Of a stretch of 64,000 bases of DNA, positions 50,511-63,349 are shown piece after piece. The stretch's first letter is position 1. Every line of letters begins with the position of its first letter. Below the pieces are notes generated by a model. The model was not told the DNA's origin. It made no database searches and saw only the letters and a list, made by a program, of their open reading frames with translations. Position numbers and translations under genes: made by a program. Origin of the DNA: Felis catus (taxonomy: Eukaryota); assembly GCF_018350175.1 (NCBI RefSeq), contig NC_058368.1:66342001-66406000 (forward strand). The letters run 5' to 3'.

Positions 50511-53500
50511 ATCCACTAAATCATGCTCTTCTCTTCCCAATGTATAGACTCTCTGTTTGAAGTAGAGTTCATAGACATCCTTAGGTCTTAATGATTCGGA
50601 TCTATGTTCTTGGGTGCATTTATTAGTATCTCACTTTGTTGTTCCTCAAAATCCCTTAAGCCAAAATCACTGGCAAGTAAACTTGAAGCAATTCCCAATT
50701 CGATTCATGAAGGAAAAGGCAGAGCATTGTGTTAGATCAAAAATGTAACACAATGGGTGCAAAAATATCATTTATGTTCTACCGCATAGTACAAGTCTAC
50801 ATAATTAAGTATAAATGAAATCACACATGCCTTAAGGAGATTTATATACCTTTTGTTACATACTCCATAAGACATTTAGGGTGACCCATCTCTACCCTAA
50901 AGGACTTTAGAATTTCAATACATCTGATTTCCACCTACCACTTTCTGAATATTTGTCTGTGCTGTATCTGAGTTACCTTTCGAATATGTGAACATCTTTG
51001 CAAGCACACTCACTGGTGGGTGGAATCACATTTGCAGTGACTTTCTTAAGAAGGTCCTGCACAATTACTGCAGTCTCAGGTGAGGAAGGGTAAGCTTCTC
51101 ATTCCCTGGGAAGTTCCAAATATCTACAGTGGCTTCAGAGAAAGAATACACATCTGTTTCTTAGCTGCGGCATGAAAGAATACAGCCTCAATCATTTGGA
51201 ATTAAATAATGAATTCTAAAATATTCAGGAGTGCCCAAACTCAAAATGTAATATTTTGCTACACCTCCTCCCTTTTTTTTAAAGTAGCAGAAATTCTTTT
51301 AATGTCCTGGATTTCATTCCCTGAAGATGAAATTTCCATATTTTAGGAGTAACTTCAGGTGGTTATGTGCTTAACTGAATCATGGCATTATGTCAATCAG
51401 AAGTAGAAGTAGAAATTCTATATGGATTTTCTGAGTATCGTCAAAGACCCTATGAGGAAGTAATAGTTGGCAAAGAATCGGAATTTTTTCACCAAGACTG
51501 GGTGTTCAGAACATCAATCTTTGTTTCACATAGGCAAAATTGGGCTATTAAACATAAGCTTTATCTGACAGTTTTCTGAATCAGTGCTTTTGTCCAGGCC
51601 AATTCTATACAAAGGGATCAGTCCCAGGCCATTGTCATGATCTTACTGACATTAGGAAATGAAGGGGAAGTGGAGGATATCTGTTCTTCAAACCACAAAG
51701 AATTGCTAAAAGTTTTCATTCCATAGCGATAGAAAAGAAGGTGGTGGAAACCGATCAGTGTTACTAAATATCCTGATGGCTTTAACATGCCTTACATAAC
51801 TGCTAGAAATACTGAATTCATTCTCTTCTTTTGAGACTGCATCTGAGATCTTCCTTTCCTGCTTTATGAAGACCACATATCTATTAACCTAGTTTAGAAT
51901 CAGTCCTTGTCACAATACATGCTCTGGATCAGGGAAAGCTCCTTGGGGATGTCTGCGCCCACCCTACCCAGATAATGCCTGAGAAATGAGAGAGAACAAA
52001 GTTAACAATCAAGGAAGGAAAAGCTGACTTCAAAAGCTAAAGGCAAAGAGTGAGAGAGCGAAGACTGGATAGCCCCAAGGTCAGAAATGAAGGAAAAGGA
52101 GAAGTTACCAGGTGATGGTCAGAGAAAAACAGAATCCACTCTCGGTGCTGAAACTAGCTATAAATCACAAAGAACAAAGCAAAGCAAACAAAAAGTTGGG
52201 GGCTCAGTCTCAATGTCAGTCACAAGAGGAAGAACAAGAATATGCTTACGCTTTGTGGTCAAGCCTTGTCTATAAAGATACACAGAACTGCTCAAGAGGG
52301 AAAGTGACTTACTCTGGGTCAGGCAGCAAATCTCAAGTCCTCTTTACACTAGGCACTGATATCTATCTTTGGAAATGTTTAAATATGAGTCTAGGTGAGC
52401 ACCTGTCAAGAATGCCCTAGAAGCTTTGGACAATGGGAGCTCCGCTGAGCCTCCGAATTTCATGATTCAATGATAAAACCACTCCTTGAAATTATTTCTG
52501 TTTTCACACTTGAGAAGTAAGCAGTACCACAATTTCACTATGCACTGTGCAAAATAATACTTTGATTCATATGCATTTCTGCAGACCTAATGTCTCCCTG
52601 TCTTTTCCTTTTCACTATTGAATTCAATGTTAGTTCAGTGTCAGACTTTCATCTCCAAGGTATGTAGAATGCTTACTACCCTACTTGCCTAAAATGTAAT
52701 ACCGCAGGAAATGAGGCACAATCCGAACATGAGGTATAAACATGAGTATTTGAAAATGTATTGTTTTCTTAAAATGGGCTGCAAAAATCTGACCTGAACA
52801 ACATAGGAAGCTATTTCTGGTTTTCCATATTTATTCCACCATGAAGACCAGTGCTTTGCCAGAAAAAAATACCTCATCTGTCTTCTCAGGGTCATGCTCT
52901 TACTACCATGTCATCACGTACTCAAGAAACTCCAATCCTGAAGCCAGAGGGGATGACACAGCCTCTAAATCTCTCGTCCAATTCCCAATCCCCTGAGAAA
53001 CTCAACAAAACTAAGCATTGTCTTTCTGAACTTCAAGGATTCTCTCACTTCCTAATGGTTTTCTCATCTTTCTTAGTTTTTCCTACAAAATACATGTGTG
53101 TTTGTCTCCTTAGGGAGTAATGTAAAAAGTACCACACCACATGGAGAGGTATGTAATATTTTTCAAAAAATATGGTAATATTTTGAAATATTTTGAAAAA
53201 CATGGTAATAGACCAGAACTTATTATTGGATTCCTTGGGAATGTCTGTGAAAACCCAGAACGTAAGGCTGGTTTCAGGTGGTATAGTGACTCAGGCATTC
53301 AGGACAATGCTTCGTGTGTCGTGTGGCCAAAGTCTGCTTTGGGTTCACTGACAAACTGTGTTCCACAGGACCCTAATGTCATCCCCGAAACTTAGTTAAC
53401 AGTTCCCTGAAAGGAAACATGTTGCGAGTGACTTCTCCATGCATTCCAGGACCTCCCTAAACATTACCCTGTAAACAATTTGAGACACGAAAAATAACAC

Positions 53501-55717
53501 TAAAGACTTTCACACACTCAAAAGAAATGGGAAGTTGAAATTCTAGGGAATAGGATGCTGAAAACAATATCAGCAGAAGGGACTTGAATCTAGACTTGCA
53601 CATAAATCAAGTGGCTGGATTGAGCAGATCTTACGTCTTCAGCTTCCTCGTTGAGTCAAGTGGCATTAGTAACCCCTACTTCCTCAAGAATATTGGGGGG
53701 GGGGTTGCGTTTACAGATGTTTGGCCACATCAGAAGAGTTAGTATTCCCTCCGTGACTTCAGAAGTTTAAATATTCTACTCCAGACAGTCTGTATGTGTT
53801 TTCAAGTGAGTGTGAGAAGTTGTGAACAGGTTCATTCACAGACCTCTGTTTGATCACTGAAGGAACATACACGACTTGAATTCTAATGCAGGCTCACACC
53901 GTGAATTGAACTTGGTGCTGTAATAAATGATCATTCTTCTCTGGAGTAAAGCTGGGCGAGGTCACGATCTCTGAAATTGGATTATTAAACTCTCGGTTGC
54001 AAGAATAGTATTATGCACTGTGAATTTCCCTTAACTTGACCAAGTAAAGTGGCCTTGCGCATGAGGTAAAAGGGAGGCTGACTTCGTTTCTTTAAACAGA
54101 TTGTTTTCCCAAGCTAACAAATGACCTTCAGCCTATAAAATATTCACATTGTTTTTCCCCCTCAATATGTATTATTTAGTGTATAGCCCTTTAAATATTA
54201 ACCATCTTTTTTCTAAAGATATGGTATATATTATTTACATCCAGTTACATTATGTTTTCATACTGATGAAATAGGTACATTGGAATCTTTCTGAAATCGT
54301 GAACAAATAGGCATCAGGCCAGGTGCACACAACAGGTACCCAGGGCAGTGAATTTTGGTGTGGGCGTGATTGACGGAGGACGGTAGGTGGCCTTCTCACG
54401 GTTCACTTCTCACACTTCACAGGGAAGATCTAGGAGAAAGAAAAGGTCCAGTATAGATGGACTTTGGGCCTCAGGTAGGCAGACGGACGGCCATGGGAAA
54501 AGTCTCTTGGGGGAGATCAAATGTGCCCCATCAAAGGATCCACACGGGAGACAAAGGTAATAATAGTTCAAACACCCCAAATCAGTATTTAATAGGTCAC
54601 TTGCTTAGAAAACCAAAGGGAAGTTACTGGAAATAGTGTGTCTTTATAAGGATTGTAAAGACTGCTTAAGATGGGATTCATTCCATTTTTACTTAAACTC
54701 TCATAGTGTTTTCCCCAAGCCAACATTGCCTTTGAGATCTCCAAGGCTCTTCTGTCATACCTGTGTAAATTACACCTAGAATGACATTTGAGATGACAAG
54801 AGACTAGAATCCTAATTAGAGGATTGGAGGGGCCATCTGAGACCCCACTCTCACTCAGGGGATAATCAGGTCAAGGGAAAGCACTTCTTTTTGGAAGGCC
54901 AGCAGAATTTGTCCATGTCTTCCTTATTCTCCAAAGGAAAGTCCAGAAGGGAGTAGCTGGCAGATAATCGATCATTTTTGAAATCTTACTTCCCTTAGCA
55001 GATAATCGGCAGCACTGTTCATGTATTTATTCACTCAACAAATATTTCTTAAGTACCCAGCACTGTTTACTGACTCTGCTGCAGAGCAGATATTCCCTGG
55101 GAGTTAGGAAATCACAGATGCTCCATAGCAAAAGGAGGAGCTGAGGACCAGGGCAGTGGCTAAAAGCAATGGCTTCTGCATGGATGAAACCATCCCATTG
55201 TCAGAAGGGAAAACTTGGGGGACCATGATGCATTTTCTGTTTTTAACCCCTCTGCACGGAAATGACTAATTATCCAGCTTCCTCATCATCACCATGGCAA
55301 AATTCAGTGGCCACAAAAGAGCAAATATCAGCAAAGACTTATGTGCTTGGGAGGAAATATAGTTTCCCCCAGAAATTTTCGGGCAAATTGATATGAGTGC
55401 TACCATAGCACTTTGCTTAACCTCATCATATTTGCTTCATGTCTTTCTACCCCTTCCTACACAGGGATGCTAGGAACCTTGCAAGGGTAGTGACTAGGTA
55501 CTGGCCATATTTGTATCCCCAGAGTATAGCATAAAACCTGACTTAGAGAGGGCACATTAGAACTGTTTAATGAATGAATGCGAGCAACAAAAGCCTTTTT
55601 CTTATTTAATCAATGCAATGGAACTTTTTCTGAATCATGATACACTTTCCTACCTCGTTAAACTGATTTCATCGAATGACTCAAAATATATCCTGTCATT
55701 CCCCAGGCTATAGATTG

Positions 55718-56648
55718 GCAAGCTCCAAATTCTTTTGATCTCACATCTCTATCAGCAAAAGTCAGAATCATAGACACCCTTTAATAACTATTTATTCATA
55801 AATTATATATAAGTACTACTGAACTAATATATTTTCTGTAACTTGTAAAAGCTATGCAAAAAGTAGCAAATTTAAAAAAAATTTTTTTTAACGTTTATTT
55901 ATTTTTGAGACAGAGAGACAGAGCATGAACAGGGGAGGGTCAGAGAGAGGGAGACAGAATCTGAAACAGGCTCCAGGCTCTGAGCTGTCAGCACAGAGCC
56001 CGACACGGGGCTTGAACTCACGGACCATGAGATCATGACCTGAGCCGAAGTCAGACGCTTAACCGACTGAGCCACCCATGTGCCCCCAAAAGTAGCAAAT
56101 TTTAAAGGAAGAAGTAAAACAAAGAATCTTTATTAGTTTTACTTGTAATGTTGCAGATGTATCAAGAGTAAGCCTACTATTTTAATATTGTTCACTTGTG
56201 CTGGCACTGTTTGAAATGAAAGAGATACAAAGTTTCTCGCAAAAGTCATTTTAAGTCACTCGTCCATTTAATTAGTTAAAACTACATAATCTAATCCATA
56301 AGTGCATTTAACCAGGACATGTGAACCGTGATAGATTTCAACACCCCAGGAATAAGATAATGGAAGAGAGAGCTACCACTGTGAGCCCCCTTCCACCCTG
56401 AAACTCTTACTCTTTCCACAGGATAATTGAGAAATGGCCATTGCCAGATGGACTGATTAAGAGACCTAGCAATCTGTAGATAGATTGAATATTAGAAAAG
56501 CTTAATTCCTCTTACATTTTTATATTTAAAAAACAGAGATAGCAGTTCTCATGTTTTCATCCTGAATTACATTGAATCATCTTGCACACCCCAGGGATGT
56601 ACATATATCTCCACCACCAACCCAACATCCATGCTCCAGAGACCATGG
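55718..56648. mobile_element. MER113-like hAT-Charlie element interrupted by a SINE
   Basis: ttttgatctcacatctctatcagcaaaa...ataaattatatataagtactactgaactaatata start; atcatcttgcacacccc...agagacca end. Confidence 0.55.
55874..56086 (-). mobile_element. CAN-SINE (SINEC_Fc family)
   Basis: Antisense consensus; TSD aaaagtagcaaattt. Confidence 0.97.
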
Positions 56649-56669
56649 CTATAGGACATGTTCCTCTCG

Positions 56670-56890
56670 AGTGTGGTGGTGAAGAGTAACAATTCTGAAG
56701 CCTACGCTTGAATTTGAGTCTCATGTCCACCGTTTACTACATGTAGGGCAAGTTTCCTCACCTCTCAAAGACCCCGTTTCCCATTTGCAAAAGGGCGTAA
56801 CGATAATATGTCAGCACCGACAGATAATATGTCAGCACCGACAGAATCGAGGATTGCGTGTGAGTGCCTTAGCCCAGTGAAAGCTCACAG
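56670..56890 (+). mobile_element. MIR SINE containing a 21-bp tandem duplication
   Basis: gtggtggtgaagagt...gggcaagtttcctcacctctc...gtttcccatttgcaaaa; gataatatgtcagcaccgaca twice at 56802-56843. Confidence 0.7.
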
Positions 56891-57126
56891 TCATCTCCCA
56901 GCTGCTTTGAGTCAGTCACTGCCCTGTGCTGAATTCAGCAAGTCTCTTAAATATCATGTGCCCTGACAACAACGTCTCACTTCTTTTCCCAACTTTCCAT
57001 TATTTTTAACTTTTTCAAACAATACTGAAATGGCTGAAGACAATAAAATGAACATCCATATGTTTCTCATGTGGACTCAATGATAATTGATTTTTCTCTT
57101 TTTGCTATTTTCAAGTAAGTAAAAAA

Positions 57127-57997
57127 CAAAGTCACAGGATACAAAATCAGCGTACAGACATCGGTTGCATTTCTCTACACCAATGATGAAGCAACAGAAA
57201 GAGAAATCAAGAAATAAATCCCATTTACAATTGTACCAAGAACCATAGAATACATAGGAATAAACCTAACCAAACATGTAAAAGATCTGAATACTGAAAG
57301 CTGTAGAAAACTTATGAAAGAAATTGAAGAAGACACAAAGAAATAGAAAAACATTCCATGCTCAGGTATTGGAAGAACAAATATTGTTAAAGTGTCGATA
57401 CTACCCAAAGCGATCTACACATTCAGTGAAATCCCAATCAAAATTGCACCGGCATTCTTCTCAAAGCTAGAGCAAACAATCCTGAAATTTGTATGGAACC
57501 ACAAAAGATCCCAAATAGCCAAAATGTTGAAAAAGAAAACCAAAGCGGGAGATGTCACCATCCCAGAGTTTAGCCTCTACTACAAAGCTGTAATCATCAA
57601 GACAGTATGGTATTGACACAAAAACAGACACAAAGAACAATGGAATAGAATAGCGAACCCAGAAGTGGACCGACAAATGTATGGCCAATTAATCTGCGAC
57701 AAAGCAGGAAAGAATATCCAATGGAAAACAGACAGTCTCTTTAGCAATTGGTGCTGGGAGGACTGGACAGCAACATGCAGAAGAATGAACCTGGACCACT
57801 TTCTTACACCATACACTAAGCTCAAAATGGATGAAAGACCTCAATGTGAGACAGGAAATTATCAAAACCCTAGAGGAGACAACGGGCAACAATCTCTTTG
57901 ACCTCAGCCACAGTAACTTCTTAAACAACACGTCTCCAAAGGCAAAGAAAATAAAAGCAAAAATGAACTATTGGGACCTCATCATGATAAAACCTTC
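57127..57997 (+). mobile_element. Felid-type L1 ORF2 internal fragment (end of RT domain and downstream region), disrupted
   Basis: Translates to KVTGYKISVQ...[38 protein letters not shown]...[12 protein letters not shown]...MYGQLICDKAGKNIQWKTDSLFSNWCWEDW with stops and frameshifts. Confidence 0.95.
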
Positions 57998-58014
57998 GAC
58001 ATAAATCTTTTTTA

Positions 58015-58237
58015 TTTTTTTTTAATTTTTTTTTCAACGTTTATTTATTTTGGGGGGCAGAGAGAGACAGAGCATGAACGGGGGAGGGTCAGAGAGAGGG
58101 AGACACAGAATCGGAAACAGGCTCCAGGCTCTGAGCCGTCAGCCCAGAGCCTGACGCGGGTCTTGAACTCACGGACCGCTAGATCGTGACCTGAGCCGAA
58201 GTCGGACGCTTAACCGACTGCGCCACCCAGGCGCCCC
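58015..58237 (-). mobile_element. CAN-SINE (SINEC_Fc), left arm of inverted pair
   Basis: TSD gacataaatctttttta (57998-58014, 58238-58254). Confidence 0.98.
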
Positions 58238-58265
58238 GACATAAATCTTTTTTAAAAGCAAAGAT

Positions 58266-58471
58266 GGGGCGCCTGGGTGGCGCAGTCGGTTAAGCAGCCG
58301 ACTTCGGCTCAGGTCACGATCTAGCGGTCCGTGAGTTCAAGACCCGCGTCAGGCTCTGGGCTGACGGCTCAGAGCCTGGAGCCTGTTTCCGATTCTGTGT
58401 CTCCCTCTCTCTGACCCTCCCCCGTTCATGCTCTCTCTCTGTCTCAAAAATAAGTAAACATTAAAAAGAAA
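58266..58471 (+). mobile_element. CAN-SINE (SINEC_Fc), right arm of inverted pair
   Basis: TSD tttaaaagcaaagat (58251-58265, 58472-58486). Confidence 0.98.
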
Positions 58472-60871
58472 TTTAAAAGCAAAGATAGTCTCCTACATAA
58501 ACACAATACCATGATTACACTTAAGAATATTATTGGTAATTCAATAGTATCATCTACTGTCTATTTTGTATTCAGAAGTCACCAACTGTCTCAAAACTCT
58601 TTCTCAAACTGAGTACTTACCTCTTCCAAATCATGGATTCAGTAAAGGTCCACACATAGCATTAGGTTGTTACATTTTTAGTTTCTTTTCATGTAGAACA
58701 GTCTTCTTGGCTTTTTACAATTTTACCTCTTTTGAAGAGTCAAGGCTGGTTGTCTTATATTATATCCCACACACTGACTATGCCTGACCATTTATTTATA
58801 GTGTTACTTACTTTGTCCCTGTATCCCCAGTATTTCCTGTAAACTGGATTCAAGTTAAATATTTGGGACAAAACCATTTTTTGAATGAAATTATCAGACA
58901 CCAGTCCTTAGATCATCCTTTCTGCTCTTTGATTTTGCTAATCCCTTTGTTTTTAGCGATCATTCCATCTTGTCAGTCTCTTCCGTCTTTTGTCTAATCT
59001 GGCAATTCTGTACAGATGGGTATGAAAACAGTACCTCTGTCTTCCTATTCATGGACCTTCTGCCGAGCCTTCAATGAAGAGCCTATGCTTTAACTGGTGC
59101 CAGGAGTTGAAATTGTCAGAAATCAGAATAAACTCCAGACAGATAAGTTCTAGAAGAGGGTCATGTTTTCCCTGTGGTCCCCAACAGAGTATTTGGATGA
59201 GAGTCCTGCAATGTGACAGAAGTTAACTTTCAAAACCTCTCGGTGGCACAGATGCAAAACATTTAATACTCAGGTATTACCAGTATTTACTAACATTACA
59301 GCACTACGAATGTAACACTGGACAAATGGTAAATATAGCTGGCAAGTATGTGCAAAAGTTAATTTGTCCTGGAATGGTTCGTGTGGGAGGCAGAGAAAAG
59401 GCACTGCTGTAAATTCCCTATTTGACCCCAGCCCTTTGTTCCCATCAGATTTATATAACGAATTAGGATTCACTGTTACTTCAGTAACGCATTTTTTACT
59501 AACAGTTCTTGCTAACATAAAGCGTCGCTCACTGTCGTGTGCACTTAAATTTCCAGGAAGAAAATTTAAAAAACGACTCAGATCTGGAGCTACAGCAAAG
59601 TGGTCACATACATTATTCAGAAATAAAAATAAGAGACGACAAGAAAGTATTTCTCAACAGCGTAGGGATCGAAACACTTGCTTGGTACTGAAAAAAAACC
59701 CAACTGCCATCATTCGGATATTCTTTGGAATCAAAGGCATGTGCGTCCCTGGTGGCTAATAGGGTCCCTTTTTTCCAACTTGTCTGCATCGGCATCCTTG
59801 GGCTGGAAGTGAATTGGCTGATGTTTCCGTGCAGAATGTTAAAATAGCATTTACATCTCTCGTTGCTGTTTTGCTGTTATGTCCACCGATCGCACGGTGG
59901 AAACGCCTGGCTCCTGAAATGCCAGAGTGAACACGACCTGATTACAAAATGTCCTGTCACGACTCAGAGAGGGCCCACATGCTCCTCACTTAGCCAGATA
60001 CAGCCCATCTCTGCTCCCGCCTTTCCGACATAAGTGCACACCGTGGGACCACACGATTTTGTGTTAGCTAGACTGTCTGTGGCCTTGTAGCAGATTGGGG
60101 CAATTAAATCTATTTTCCCGATCAGCATTCACTGAGCACCTACCTTGTGCTAAGATGTGTGTGATCAACTCGTCCCGGTTTGCCAGGACCTCCTGGTTTT
60201 AGCGCTGCAAATATGGTGTGTCCTAGAATTCCCCCGTGTCCCAGGCAAACTGGAGTGATTGGTCACCTGGTTCATCTAAGCCCTGAGGATGACAAGGTGG
60301 AGCCCCGTCCTTGCATCAAGAAGCACGTGGTCTTAGGGTCAGAAAAGCAAGCCAATTACAAAAGCTTGGAGTAATCAGTACTTAGAATCATGAACAGGGC
60401 ACTGTGGACACAGAGAGTTGAATCCAGCTAACTGGGAGGCCAGACATTCCTCCTTGAAAGAGACAATGCTTGAGTGGGGTTTACAGAATGAGCAGCACAA
60501 CATACACGGCTACATTTTGAAAACCTCAAAAGAGGAGATACCTGTGGGATGTCATGCCGTCTTAGACTTTCTCTGTCTCAAAATACATATGTTTGGTTCA
60601 GATTCCCACAGTGTAAAGGAGGGATTTTTAGCATTAAGTAAGCAGAGGAGAGAATGGTCATTTCTGGTGTACTTTATTCTGGGACAGATACACCTGACAG
60701 TACTTTAGTACTGAAGCTAGTGATAGTTTTCTGAATTAGTGGTGAATATGTAATACCTGGTGCTTTTTCTGGGATTTGTGTTTGAGAACAGTCAGAATGA
60801 GTGGCTAAGGAGTGTCCCAGGTTGCAAAGGTTAGGGACACCCATGTGGCACCTTGTGGAACAAATCAAGTG

Positions 60872-62240
60872 AGGCATTTATTTTGGACATGTTTTATTTT
60901 GAAAATCATTCAAAGGTACTGAAAAAACGCTGTTTTAAAAAATTATATATTTCCATCTGGATTCATTCACCATTAAAAATTTGCCACATTTTCTATCTTG
61001 CGGTATCTCTATACATCTATGTGATGATGATGATGAAGATGAAGATCATTCCTGAATCATTCTAGAGTAAGTTGTGGGAACCATAACCCTTTTTTTCTAA
61101 ATAGTCCAGCGTGTATCTCCTAAGAACATGACATCCGCCTACATGACCACAATATAAGCTCATATTTGGAAAACTAAACACCAATACAATATTTTGTCAT
61201 ACAAAGTCAATATTCAAATTCTGCCAACTATCTCCGTAATATCCTTTCTGGCAATTATTTTTCCAATCGAGTGCCCTATCCAGAATCAGACACTGCATTT
61301 GGATACCATGTCTGTTATTCTTCTTAATCTAGAAGACGTCTTCAGCCCTCCCTTGTCTTTTATGACTCACATATTTGGAGTATCCAAGCTGGTTGTCTCA
61401 TAGCGTCCATCAGCTTGGACATTGTGTTTGTCTGACGTGTCCTCATGATTGGATCCGGGTTAGGAATTTTAGCTACGTAAGTGATGTGTCCTTCTTGTCA
61501 CCTCACATCCAGAGGCACCTAAAATCACTGTGTCCCACTACTTTGATCACTTGGTTAAGGTGGGGGCCTGCAGAGTTTTTGCACTGTAGAGTGACCAGTT
61601 TTCCTTTTGTAATAATGAGTATTCTGTGGGGAATACTTGGAGATTGTGTAAACATCCTCTTCTCCATCAAACTTTCGCCCAGTGTTTTTTGCATTTGTAC
61701 CAGTTTGTTAGGGCTGCTGTAACAAAGTACCACCAAGTGGGTGGCTTACAACAGACATTTATTGTCTCACAGTTGGGGGTCTAGAAGCCTAAGATCAAGG
61801 TGTTAGAAGGGTTGGTTCCTTCTGGGATCGTGATGGAATCCTTGACTCTCTCCTCGCATTCACTGGCTTTCTTGCAATTGTTGATATTCCGTGGATTGTA
61901 GATGCATCACCCTGATCTATGCCTTTATCTTCACATGGTGTTCTTCCTGTGTATATCTGTGTCTGTGCCTAAATCCCCCCTTTTTATAAGGACAAAGTCG
62001 TATTGGATTAGAGCCCACCCTAATGACTCCACTTTTACCTGATTCTGCAACAACCCCATTTCCAAATAAAGTCACACTCACAGGTACTGTGGTTAGGACT
62101 TTGACATCTTATGGGAAGGACAAAATTCAACCCACAACAGCGTCTATAGATAATACTTGCTGAGATTAATGATAACTCTGATAGTTGCAGAATGGTGATT
62201 TTTCTGTCAGTCTTTCAACATTTATTAGTTGGCTTTTGGG
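60872..62240 (-). mobile_element. Old L1 3' end (L1MC4-like), split by an MLT1 LTR (host parts 60872-61695 and 62140-62240)
   Basis: ttttattttgaaaatcattcaaa...gagtaagttg...ctttgatcacttggttaaggtg...gatagttgcagaatggtgattttt. Confidence 0.75.
61696..62139 (-). mobile_element. MaLR solo LTR (MLT1B/C-like)
   Basis: TG...CA termini (tgtaccagtttgttagggctgctgtaacaaagtacc ... aattcaacccacaaca); decayed 5-bp TSD gcatt/gcgtc. Confidence 0.9.
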
Positions 62241-62919
62241 GGTTGTGTTTTCATATAATCGATAAATAGAATGTACATCCACCTATGGCTGTATAGAAAT
62301 GGCCACATGTCTTTCAAACAAAAAATAAAAAACAAATATCAACGTGCACCCACACTTGTGCCCCAAATGGCAGCAGAAAAGGACAGGCTCTCATGGCAAA
62401 TGTCCTTACCCAGTCAGATTGGCTGGCAGGAGAGCCAGGGGTTAGGGGAACCCATGGACCAAAGTCAGCATGAATGGCAGAAATCAGAGAGTGCAGGTCT
62501 TAGGCCATCCTAAACCATGGCTGTGTGTAAGCTACTTCTTGGAATGTCATTGCTTATGGGTTCTTTTCATGCTCCAGAACAAAAGTAACATGGGGGTATG
62601 TACCGGGTTCTCAGATTCAGTACTCTGGCCATCTTTAGCGCTTTCTGGATAGGCAGACATTTCTCAGTACTGAAGCCTCAGTCATCATCAGAATCACAGA
62701 TAAGCAAGGGCCAAAGACCATATAAATCTGGAACTACTGAGAAACATGACTGGGACAGAGATCTGATATTCCTTTGTGTTCATTCTTAAACCTGACAAAA
62801 GAGCTTTGGAATTTTTTGTAAAACGCTATACTTCATCCATAGTAAACATAGAATAATTTATTTCCAAAGGCTATTGACCTCAAATATATAAATCTCAGTG
62901 GTTGTCCCTTCTACGATGC

Positions 62920-63349
62920 TGTGTGGGTGTATGCTGAAGCTGCTGTATCAACATGACACAGACAAGGTGGCTTAAAGAACAGTAATTTATTGTGTCATGG
63001 CTCTAGAGGTTAGGTGTCCAAAACCAAGATGGCAGAAGGATTGGATTTTCCTGAGGCTGTGAGGGAAGGTTCTTTTCCAGGTCCCTCTCGTTGGTTATAG
63101 GTAGGTTTCTTCTTCCTACTTCTCTATGCATTGTCTTATCTTTAGGCATATCTCTGTGTCCAACATTTCCCTTTTTACAAGAGCATCAGTCATAATGGGT
63201 TAGGGCCATCCTAATAACCTCTTTGTAACTCCCTTGCCTCTGAAAAAAGAAAAAAAAAAAACCTACGTCCCAACAAGGTCACATTCTGAGGAACTGAGGG
63301 TTAGAACGTCGGCATATAATTGGGGGGGCACGTAATTCAACCCTTAACA
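62920..63349 (-). mobile_element. MaLR solo LTR (MLT1B-like)
   Basis: TG...CA termini and perfect 5-bp TSD gatgc (62915-62919, 63350-63354). Confidence 0.9.

Larger units (their letters stand above)
56998..58880 (-). mobile_element. Old L1 3' end (L1MC4/L1ME-like), split: host parts ~56998-57126 and ~58487-58880
   Basis: Colinear similarity to the second old-L1 copy at 60.9-61.4 kb (aagtaagtt...aaagatagtctcctacataaacacaatacc...cacatagcattaggttg). Confidence 0.6.

Noticed and set aside
57127..57997. Reverse-transcriptase-related coding sequence as a functional gene or retron-like system
   Set aside because: It is a dead L1 ORF2 fragment with stop codons and frameshifts.
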